Positions 16,326 to 27,986 of a stretch of DNA of 33,579 bases are shown here, one piece after another; the first letter of the stretch is position 1; every line of letters begins with the position of its first letter. A model generated the notes under the pieces. It saw nothing but the letters and a program-made list of their open reading frames with translations, was not told the DNA's origin and ran no database searches. Both the position numbers and the translations under genes were made by a program. This DNA is from Candidatus Sericytochromatia bacterium (GTDB lineage: Bacteria; Cyanobacteriota; Sericytochromatia; S15B-MN24; UBA4093). The stretch lies in assembly GCA_036676495.1 (NCBI GenBank), contig JAKFCT010000022.1, positions 1-33,579 on the forward strand, in the 5' to 3' direction.

Positions 16326-17984
16326 GTGTCGAACACCGTCAAGGAACAAGATCTGGGCCCCCTTTCGCCGCTGGCCGCGGAAGTGCTCTTGACCGATCGC
16401 TACCAGATCGAACGTTTCCTCGAGTACAAGAACGCCTCGAACCTCTACCGGGCCATCGACCGCGCCACCGGCCTGGTCGTCATCATCAAGGAAAAGGCCG
16501 ACGAGGCCCCCCGCGCCTCGAAGCTGCCCAAGAGCGAGTGGTCCGACAAGGTCGCGGACAACCCCTGGCAGAACGAGTTCCTGATCCTGCGCTCGGTCTC
16601 CTACCCGACCGTGGTCAAGGCCATCGACGTCTTCAAGGAGAACGGGCGCGCCTACCTGGTCATCGAGCAGCTGGAAGGCCGCGATCTGGCCTACCTCCTG
16701 CGCAACGAGATCGCCGTCACGGTCCAGCAGTCGATCGACTGGATGGTTCAGCTTTGCCAGTCCGTCGGACAGCTGCACCGCCGGCAGATCCTTCACCTGG
16801 ATCTTCAGCCCCGCTACATCGTCGTCACTCCGGATGGCCAGCGGGTCCGCCTGACCGGCTTCCACCGCGCGGCCATCATGCCCGGCGAAGGCCCCTTCGA
16901 GGTCAGCCACGGCTACTCCGCTCCCGAGCAACACGGCCACCTCGGCGGCCACGTCGACGAGCGCACCGACATCTACGCCCTCGGCGCCATCTGGCATTAC
17001 CTGCTCACGGGAAATCCCCCGGACACCTACTGGGACAACGAGGAAACCCGCTTCAACTTCCCGGACGCCTCGGCCTTCCGGCCGACCATCCATCCGCAGG
17101 TCGAGCGCCTCATCCGCAAGATGCTGGAAGTCGACCCCAACGAGCGCTTCGGCTCCATCAACGAGCTCAAGGCCCAGCTGCTGACGCTGGTCAACAACCC
17201 GATCCGCCGGGTCGGCCACTGCTCGGACGTCGGCATGTACCGTTCGGGCAACGAGGATTCGCTGGCGGTCTTCGAGCTGAACTTCACCACCCAGTCGAAC
17301 CACTCGGGTCTGGGGCTTTACGTGGTCGCCGACGGCATGGGCGGCGTCAACGCGGGCGAGATCGCCTCGGCCCTGGCGGTCGACGAGGTCACCTCCTACG
17401 TCCAGCAGGCCCTCACGTCCCTGGGCGAGTCCATGGAGGACCCCGGCTCCGAGATCCGGGCCGCCCTCCAGCAAGCCATCAAGAACGCCAACACGCGCAT
17501 CTACGAGACCGGCCGCTACAACTCCGAGCTTTCGGGAATGGGCACGACCCTCACCGCCGGCCTGGTCTTCGGCCAGAACGTCTTCATCGGGCACGTCGGA
17601 GACTCGCGCGCGTACATCATCAACCGGGACGGCATCGAGAAGATCTCCCGCGACCACTCCCTGGTGGGCCGCCTGGTCGAGATCGGCCAGATCACCCCCG
17701 AGGAAGCGGCCATCCACCCGCAGCGCAACCTCATCTACCGTTCGCTAGGCAGCTATCCCAACGTCGAGGTGGACATCTACCAGCGTCCGCTCAAGATCGG
17801 CGATTGGCTGTTGCTGTGCAGCGATGGCCTGACCGGCCATCTCTCCGACGAGGAGCTCCATGAGACGGTCATGGGCTCCCGGGATCCCTTGCTCGCCGCG
17901 CAACAACTGGTCAACCAGGCCAACCAGCGCGGAGGAGAGGACAATATCACGGTCATCCTGGTCCACTTGGCCGAGTACATGTAG
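16326..17984 (+). CDS. Pseudokinase - PP2C/PPM Ser/Thr phosphatase fusion (552 aa)
   Basis: AAAGGAGG RBS; degenerate kinase N-half (HLDLQPRY, TGFH, GYSAPEQ, DIYALG); intact PP2C motifs RSGNED, VADGMGG, HVGDSRAY, DHSLV, CSDGL, GEDNIT. Confidence 0.9.
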   Translation: MSNTVKEQDLGPLSPLAAEVLLTDRYQIERFLEYKNASNLYRAIDRATGLVVIIKEKADEAPRASKLPKSEWSDKVADNPWQNEFLILRSVSYPTVVKAIDVFKENGRAYLVIEQLEGRDLAYLLRNEIAVTVQQSIDWMVQLCQSVGQLHRRQILHLDLQPRYIVVTPDGQRVRLTGFHRAAIMPGEGPFEVSHGYSAPEQHGHLGGHVDERTDIYALGAIWHYLLTGNPPDTYWDNEETRFNFPDASAFRPTIHPQVERLIRKMLEVDPNERFGSINELKAQLLTLVNNPIRRVGHCSDVGMYRSGNEDSLAVFELNFTTQSNHSGLGLYVVADGMGGVNAGEIASALAVDEVTSYVQQALTSLGESMEDPGSEIRAALQQAIKNANTRIYETGRYNSELSGMGTTLTAGLVFGQNVFIGHVGDSRAYIINRDGIEKISRDHSLVGRLVEIGQITPEEAAIHPQRNLIYRSLGSYPNVEVDIYQRPLKIGDWLLLCSDGLTGHLSDEELHETVMGSRDPLLAAQQLVNQANQRGGEDNITVILVHLAEYM

Positions 17985-18009
17985 AGCAAGCACAAGGAGG
18001 AAGCATCCC

Positions 18010-18384
18010 ATGAGCGATACCCCCTCGAATCCGCTGACGGAAGCCCCCGCCACCACGGCCAAGCTGGTGATCACGCGCGGCGGGACGGTCGGCAAGGAAT
18101 TCACGGCCGAAGCATCTGGTGAGACGCTCATCGGCCGCTGGGACCCCGATGGTGGCGCCTTCCCCGAGGTCGACCTCACCGGTGATGACCCTGAGGCCAA
18201 GATCTCGCGCAAGCACGCCCGGATCTTCGTCCAGGACGGCGAGTACTACCTGGAGGACCTCGGCTCCCTCAACGGCACCTACGTCAACCGTGGGCCCCGA
18301 CTCCTGCCCGGCAGCCCCCACCCCCTGAAGAATGACGACGAGATCGTCATGGGCAAGACCTTCTTCAAGTTCGTGGTCGGCTAA
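18010..18384 (+). CDS. FHA-domain protein (124 aa)
   Basis: AAGGAGG RBS; IGR, ISRKHA, DLGSLNGTYVN FHA motifs. Confidence 0.92.
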   Translation: MSDTPSNPLTEAPATTAKLVITRGGTVGKEFTAEASGETLIGRWDPDGGAFPEVDLTGDDPEAKISRKHARIFVQDGEYYLEDLGSLNGTYVNRGPRLLPGSPHPLKNDDEIVMGKTFFKFVVG

Positions 18385-18408
18385 GAGAGCGAGGAGGTTT
18401 CGACGATC

Positions 18409-18906
18409 ATGGTGACCTGCGCGAGTTGTTCGCATGAAAACCAGGCGGGAGTCCAGTTCTGCGACGAGTGCGGAGCGAAGCTGGAGATCAACGCCGCGAT
18501 TCCCGCTGCCGAGAAGGTAGCCGCCGGCGTCTCGTCCGGGCTTCCGCCGAGCCTGAGCTCGGGAACCGCCGACCAAACCGGCAAGCTGGTGATCTCGCGC
18601 GGCGGGACGGTCGGCAAGGAGTTCACGCTGGAGCAGTCGGCCGAAACCCATATCGGCCGCTGGGATCCCGATGGCGGTTCCTTCCCTGAGATCGACCTCA
18701 CCGGCGACGATCCCGAAGCCAAGATCTCGCGCAAGCACGCCCGGATCTTCGTCCAAGACGGCGAGTACTACCTGGAGGACCTCGGCTCCCTCAACGGTAC
18801 TTACGTCAACCGGGGGCCCCGCCTCCTGCCCGGCAGCCCCGAGCGCCTCAAGAACGACGACGAGGTCGTCATGGGCAAGACCTTCTTCAAGGTCGTGATC
18901 GGGTAA
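18409..18906 (+). CDS. Zn-ribbon + FHA-domain protein (165 aa)
   Basis: GAGGAGG RBS; CASC..FCDEC zinc ribbon; FHA motifs as in the upstream paralog. Confidence 0.92.
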   Translation: MVTCASCSHENQAGVQFCDECGAKLEINAAIPAAEKVAAGVSSGLPPSLSSGTADQTGKLVISRGGTVGKEFTLEQSAETHIGRWDPDGGSFPEIDLTGDDPEAKISRKHARIFVQDGEYYLEDLGSLNGTYVNRGPRLLPGSPERLKNDDEVVMGKTFFKVVIG

Positions 18907-18915
18907 CGCGTTCTC

Positions 18916-18946
18916 AAGGGGCCGCCTCACGCGAGGCGGCCCCTTT
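18916..18946 (+). terminator. Intrinsic terminator ending the kinase/FHA operon
   Basis: AAGGGGCCGCCTC-acgc-GAGGCGGCCCCTTT. Confidence 0.75.
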
Positions 18947-18973
18947 CGCATGCGGAACACCCCTCAACCGCAC

Positions 18974-19065
18974 GAACGACTACTCCTCACCCCCGTGATC
19001 AACTTCTCGTCACCCCCGTGAACGACTTCTCGTCACCCCCGTGAACAACTTCTCGTCACCCCCGC
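18974..19065. repeat. Four tandem 23-bp repeats
   Basis: Units at 18974, 18997, 19020, 19043; consensus GAACRACTTCTCGTCACCCCCGT; no spacers. Confidence 0.9.
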
Positions 19066-19146
19066 GGAAGCGGGGGTCCAGCGCAGGCATCCACGTGAGC
19101 TGCCGGCAGGTGGATACCCTGGATTCCCGCTTCCGCGGGAATGACG
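19054..19146. repeat. REP/RPE-like palindromic doublet (CGTC-ended type)
   Basis: CGTCACCCCCGCGGAAGCGGGGGTCCAG ... CTGGATTCCCGCTTCCGCGGGAATGACG: two inverted, internally palindromic units flanking an internal hairpin. Confidence 0.8.
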
Positions 19147-19148
19147 CC

Positions 19149-19191
19149 AAAAAAACCCGAGGCGGGATCCCGGTTGGGATCCCGCCTCGGG
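19149..19191 (-). terminator. Intrinsic terminator of the recombinase-like gene
   Basis: 16-bp stem CCCGAGGCGGGATCCC / GGGATCCCGCCTCGGG followed by T7 on the minus strand. Confidence 0.85.
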
Positions 19192-19230
19192 CTGAGAGCG
19201 TGTCGGTTGGATTGGCCGTGGAGGCTGAAG

Positions 19231-20019
19231 TTAGCAGACCTGCAGGATGGCTTCCGAGTGGTTGACCTGGCCGAAGAGCTCCTTGGAGATGATGGCCTCG
19301 TGGTCGTTCTCGTAGAGGCGGTTCTGGCACTGGTAGTCGCCAGTATAGAAGATGTTCTCGAGGATGGTCTTGACCGTGTTGGCCTGCCAGCGGCCTCCGC
19401 GCTTGGTGGCGACACCGTCGCGGGTCAGGTCGTTGGCAATCTGGCGGAGCGAGCGACCGAGCGAGCGCTCCCGGAAGATCCGCTGCACGACGGCGGCCTC
19501 GGTGGGGTTGGCGACGAACTGGTTGGTCGCCTCGTCGAGCGAGTAGCCGTAGGGGCAGGTGCCGCCGTTATGCAGCACTTCGCGGGCCCGGACGAAGACC
19601 TTGGGAGCCGCGGTGGTCTCCTTGGGAGGACGCACCCAGCTGGCGACCTGAGGAATGGTGACGAACAACTTGAGAAGCTGCTGACCGTCGGGACGACCGG
19701 TGTCGATGTTCTCCTGGACCGAGATCAGGCGGATGTCCTTGTGGTTGAACTCGGAAAGCACGGTGGCGACGTCGTGGAAACGACGGCCGAGGCTGACCAG
19801 GCTCGTGACGATGACCGTGGCCCGCTCGTTGGAGGTCAATTCCTTCATGCGGGGACGCTCGAGGGCCGCGCCGAGGGCGCCCTCATCGATGGCGACATCC
19901 TCGAGGGCGAGGTTGTTCGCATTGCAGTAGGCGCTAAGAGTCTGCTTCTCCGCTTCGAGGCGCTTCGCGTCTCCCGTCTGCTCCGGATGGATCCAGAGGT
20001 AACCAACCACCTTGCTCAT
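19231..20019 (-). CDS. Serine recombinase-family protein (resolvase + recombinase domains), catalytic motif degenerate (262 aa)
   Basis: DEG..G..LERP, SLGR, LISVQENIDT, GGTCPYGY, EAAVVQRIF, SLRQIANDL..G..T.RGGRW, ILENIFYTG, HEAIISKELF; GGAGG RBS; YLWIH replaces YxRxS. Confidence 0.85.
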   Translation of the reverse strand: MSKVVGYLWIHPEQTGDAKRLEAEKQTLSAYCNANNLALEDVAIDEGALGAALERPRMKELTSNERATVIVTSLVSLGRRFHDVATVLSEFNHKDIRLISVQENIDTGRPDGQQLLKLFVTIPQVASWVRPPKETTAAPKVFVRAREVLHNGGTCPYGYSLDEATNQFVANPTEAAVVQRIFRERSLGRSLRQIANDLTRDGVATKRGGRWQANTVKTILENIFYTGDYQCQNRLYENDHEAIISKELFGQVNHSEAILQVC

Positions 20020-20174
20020 CGTGCTTCCTCCAATCGGGCCACGCTCTCATCAGGCCCATACATGGTCTATCGCGGAAGGCACGGGGGATCTTGCGACTCG
20101 GCGGTTAAGGCGGATTTAAATCTATCCAATCTCGACATTAAACTTGCCCGGCACTCGGCCAGGGAGCCGGGGAT

Positions 20175-22547
<2,373 letters not shown>

Positions 22548-22796
22548 GTGCCAGTTCCTGGGCCGCGGCCCTACCTAAAACATTCAGGCGCCGAAGGCGC
22601 TACAACCCTCCAGTATAGCGCGTTCCCCGCCGCCTTGCAGGCACCCCCCGCGCGAGACTCCGTAGTTTACCCGGATTTTGACGATGCGCTGGAACCGATA
22701 CCGTCAAGCGAGGGTCAATCCCCCTATTGCGCATCCGTTGGGCCTCGGAAAGGCCTCCCAAGCAGCGGAGCCCTGTTTGAAAGAGGAGACATCCCC

Positions 22797-23303
22797 ATGA
22801 AGCACCTGGCTCTTGCTGGACTCTTGGTCCTGGGAGGCGGCGCCTTCGGTATCGCCGCAGCGGTGGCCGCCGAGGACCCGCACCATTCGCATTCGGAGCA
22901 CGCCGCACCGGCCCGCAAGGCCCCCGCCGTCAAGGCTCCCGCCAAGGCCCCCGCCGGCACCGTCGCGATGAACCCCGTCCGACACGAGATGATCCTGCTC
23001 AGCGACGCCATGAACGTGATCATGCTCGCCGTGGCGAACAACAACTTGAAGGCCATTCCCCCGGCCATCCAGAAGGTCCACAGCGCCCGCATGGTCACCG
23101 AGAAAGCCCTCTTGAACGGCGAGTACCAGCCCCCCAAGAATGGGAAGAACGTCGACGCCTTCATCAAGCAGGACGAGGCGTTCCACGACGAGCTGGTCAC
23201 CCTGATGAAGGCCGTGAAGGCCGACGACCTCAAGGCCGCCACGCGGCAGGTGGGAGTCATCGTGAACAGCTGCACCGACTGCCACACCCAGTACCGGTTC
23301 TAG
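22797..23303 (+). CDS. Periplasmic class II (c'-like, four-helix) cytochrome c (168 aa)
   Basis: GAGGAG RBS; signal peptide; helical body; single CxxCH (CTDCH) at the extreme C-terminus. Confidence 0.8.
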   Translation: MKHLALAGLLVLGGGAFGIAAAVAAEDPHHSHSEHAAPARKAPAVKAPAKAPAGTVAMNPVRHEMILLSDAMNVIMLAVANNNLKAIPPAIQKVHSARMVTEKALLNGEYQPPKNGKNVDAFIKQDEAFHDELVTLMKAVKADDLKAATRQVGVIVNSCTDCHTQYRF

Positions 23304-23405
23304 AGCCGCCACGCGGACTTCAGGACCGCTTCACACGGCGGATCTGAGCCGCCGGCATGGATCACCTGGGCCCGTCGACCGTCATGGTCGGCGGGCCCGC
23401 ATGCG

Positions 23406-24674
23406 TCAGGGCTGGGGCGAGAGCGCCACGGGAGAGCGGCTGGGATCCGGCACCCGCCGCAGCAAGGCCAGGCCCGCCAGGACGAAGATGAGCTGGGCTC
23501 CGAGCGCGAGCTGGTACTTGCCGATCGGCATGAAGGCGAAGGCGCTCGTGATGAGGCCCCAGGTGAGCGGCCCGACGACGGCGGCGAACTTCCCGGCCAG
23601 CGAGTAGAGCCCGAAGAACTCTCCCTGGCTCTCCGGAGGCGCCAGGCTCGCGAGCAAGGCCCGCGAGGCCGTCCATGTGCCGCCCATGGCGATCCCGACC
23701 ATCGGGGCCAGCACCCAGGTGGCGATCGCCTTGTCGCGAATCGCAATGAAGCCCATCAAGGCCACGATCCAGAGCAGGAGGTCCAGGACCAGGCTCCGCT
23801 TGGCGCCAATCCGATCCACCAGCGCTCCCCAGCCGAACGAGCCCACGAAGGCGAAGACCGTCGCCAGCATCAGGACCATCTGGACCTCGTTCTTCGCCGA
23901 GTCGAAGCCCAGCACCTGGGTGGCGTAGATGGCCATGAAGCCGATCACCGTGTTCAGGGCATCGAAGAAGAGCAGGTTGGCCAGCAGGTACCGGGTCATG
24001 CCGGGGACCTTGCGGGCGGCCTTCCAGGACTCCACGAGCTGCCCCAGGCCGGGCCGCTTGGCCTCCGGGTTCGGCTTGCCCCGGTCCTTGACGCCCAGCA
24101 GGAGCGGCAGCGAGAAGAGCATGAAGAGGACCGCCACCGGCAGGAAGGCTCCCGTGTTCCCGCCCGCCGGAATGGGGGTCGCCAGGCCGAAGAGCTTGCC
24201 CGAGACAAAGGGCATGATCGCGATCACCCCGACGATCGAGCCCAGGTAGCCGATGGCCGTGCCGTAACCCGAGACTTTGCCTATCTCCTGCGGCTCCGCC
24301 AGCTCGGGAAGCATCGCATTATAAGAGACCTGCGCCATCTGATAGGCGAAAACGCTGAGGATGAAGAGGCCCAGGCCGACGTAGAGGTTGGTCACCCAGG
24401 TGACGGCGGCGATCGTGGCGCAGCAGATCCCCGTGAAGATGCCGATGAAGGGAATTCTCCGGCCCGAACGATCCGACCAGGCGCCGAAGGTCGGCGAGAG
24501 GAGGGCGACGGCGAGCAGGGAGACGGAGGCGGCCACGGAGTAGGCGAGGTCCGGCGCCTTCATGTCCTGGGTGACCCAGAGGGCGAAGTAGAGCGAGACC
24601 ACGTTCATCGCGAAGAGGGTGTTGGCGAAGTCGTAGAGGGCCCAGTAGTGAATGGCGTGGGAATGGCGCTTCAT
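23406..24674 (-). CDS. MFS transporter, UMF1/Atg22-like family (422 aa)
   Basis: AGGAGG RBS; WALYDFAN, YNAMLPEL, GKVSGYG, SRALLASL.P...GEFFGLY; about 12 TM helices. Confidence 0.9.
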   Translation of the reverse strand: MKRHSHAIHYWALYDFANTLFAMNVVSLYFALWVTQDMKAPDLAYSVAASVSLLAVALLSPTFGAWSDRSGRRIPFIGIFTGICCATIAAVTWVTNLYVGLGLFILSVFAYQMAQVSYNAMLPELAEPQEIGKVSGYGTAIGYLGSIVGVIAIMPFVSGKLFGLATPIPAGGNTGAFLPVAVLFMLFSLPLLLGVKDRGKPNPEAKRPGLGQLVESWKAARKVPGMTRYLLANLLFFDALNTVIGFMAIYATQVLGFDSAKNEVQMVLMLATVFAFVGSFGWGALVDRIGAKRSLVLDLLLWIVALMGFIAIRDKAIATWVLAPMVGIAMGGTWTASRALLASLAPPESQGEFFGLYSLAGKFAAVVGPLTWGLITSAFAFMPIGKYQLALGAQLIFVLAGLALLRRVPDPSRSPVALSPQP

Positions 24675-24745
24675 GAGGTCCTCCTGAGGGATCTCCACGT
24701 TCGGTCGGGAGGCGCCGCCTCCAGGGGCGTGGGGGAAGGGAGCAT

Positions 24746-26098
24746 CTAGGCCACCGGGACGCACGCCGCGTCCGCCAGAGGCATGGTCAGGCGGAAGGTA
24801 CTGCCCTTAGCGAGCTGACTGGCCACGGTAATCGTACCTCCCATGGCCTCCACCAGGGTCTTCACGATGGGCAAGCCCAGGCCAGAGCCCCGGTGCTGGC
24901 GGGTGAGGCCGGAATCCACCTGGAAGAAGGGCTCGAAGACTTGCGGCAGGTCCGAAACGGGGATGCCGATGCCCGTGTCGCTCACCGTGACGCTCACGCC
25001 CTCGGGAGTCGCGGCGGCGGCGATCCGGATGGTTCCGCCTTCCGGCGTGAACTTCACGGCGTTGCTCAAGAGGTTAGCCATGACCTGAGAGAGGCGCAGG
25101 GCGTCGCCCTGGACCAAGGGCAACTCGGCTTCGATGCTCAATTCGAGGTTGAGGCGCTTCTGGGCGGCCCAAGCGGCGATCGCCTGACGGGCCTGGGGCA
25201 GGAGAGCGTTGAGGTCCACCGCTTCCCGCTTGACCTTGAAGGCGCCGGCCTCCATCTGGGCGGTGTCCAGCAAGGATTCCACCAGCTCCGAGAGCTGGCT
25301 GGCCCCCCTCTGAACCTCTCGAACGTAGCCTTCCTGGGCGGGCGTGAGCGGCCCGCCGATCCCGTCCTCGAGCAGCTCGAGGTTTCCGACCATCCCGGTG
25401 AGCGGCGTTCGCAGCTCGTGACTGACCGTGCTGAGGAAGCTCCGCTTGAGTTGCTCCAGGCGAAGCAACTGCTCGTGCTGGGCCTGGAGACGGGCGTAGA
25501 CCGCCTCCAGGAGGTAGACGCTCATCCCGACCCCGACCAAGACGTTCAAGAGGCCCATGACCCAGTACCCGAGCCAGGAGAATGGCGTCAAAATGAGCGC
25601 CGGATAGGTGAAAATGAGCAGGCCCAAGAGGAAGAACGGAATCCCCAGCAGCGGCGCGGGAGTCGCGTCCTTGCCCGGAAAGACGAGGGTCAGGCCGAGA
25701 GCGAGGTTCCCTGCGACGATGAGGAGGGCGATGGGGGCGATGACGACGTGGAAGGGGAGGCCCGCAGCAGTCGCGAACCCGGTCACGCCCCCACCGAGGA
25801 GGGCCGTGGCGGCGATCAGGCGAAGATCGAGCGTGGAGCCGCGAAGCATGCGGTACACCCGATAGAGGAAACCGGCCGTCGTGAGGGCCGCCGCCGCGTG
25901 GAGGGCGACCATCGGGCCGGTACGGCCGATCTGGCCTCCAAGGATGTCGAGCGCGAGCACGGCGAACATGGCGCCGTACGCACTCGTCCAGGCACGGAAG
26001 AAGGGCGACGGGTGACGCCTGAGCATCACCAGCGATAGGAGGAGCACCACGGCGATGCCGGAGAGGTTGAAGAGTGTGGCGACGTCAGTCAGGGTCAT
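24746..26098 (-). CDS. Membrane sensor histidine kinase (450 aa)
   Basis: About 7 TM N-terminus; SHELRTPL H-box, NLLSNAVKF, DTGIG, F..F, GSGLGL. Confidence 0.92.
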   Translation of the reverse strand: MTLTDVATLFNLSGIAVVLLLSLVMLRRHPSPFFRAWTSAYGAMFAVLALDILGGQIGRTGPMVALHAAAALTTAGFLYRVYRMLRGSTLDLRLIAATALLGGGVTGFATAAGLPFHVVIAPIALLIVAGNLALGLTLVFPGKDATPAPLLGIPFFLLGLLIFTYPALILTPFSWLGYWVMGLLNVLVGVGMSVYLLEAVYARLQAQHEQLLRLEQLKRSFLSTVSHELRTPLTGMVGNLELLEDGIGGPLTPAQEGYVREVQRGASQLSELVESLLDTAQMEAGAFKVKREAVDLNALLPQARQAIAAWAAQKRLNLELSIEAELPLVQGDALRLSQVMANLLSNAVKFTPEGGTIRIAAAATPEGVSVTVSDTGIGIPVSDLPQVFEPFFQVDSGLTRQHRGSGLGLPIVKTLVEAMGGTITVASQLAKGSTFRLTMPLADAACVPVA

Positions 26099-26109
26099 GG
26101 CTTCACGAG

Positions 26110-26134
26110 AAAAGGGGCGGCCGAAGCCGCCCCT
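26110..26134 (-). terminator. Intrinsic terminator after ftsH
   Basis: AGGGGCGGC-ttcg-GCCGCCCCTTTT on the minus strand. Confidence 0.75.
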
Positions 26135-26146
26135 GGACGGGTAGTC

Positions 26147-27973
<1,827 letters not shown>

Positions 27974-27986
27974 ACGGTGATCCTCC

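Noticed and set aside
14976-17717. Long antisense or alternate-frame ORFs (also 5820-8105, 9191-11035, 20304-22535, 26252-27928 and others)
   Set aside because: Shadow ORFs expected from high GC3 bias; they overlap well-supported genes and have no motifs
18974-19065. Possible mini CRISPR array
   Set aside because: The 23-bp units are contiguous with no spacers, and there are no cas genes in the window
19231-20019. Prophage or integrative-element integrase marking an island
   Set aside because: Catalytic Ser absent, no att-like direct repeats seen, no adjacent tRNA, and the flanking genes are chromosomal
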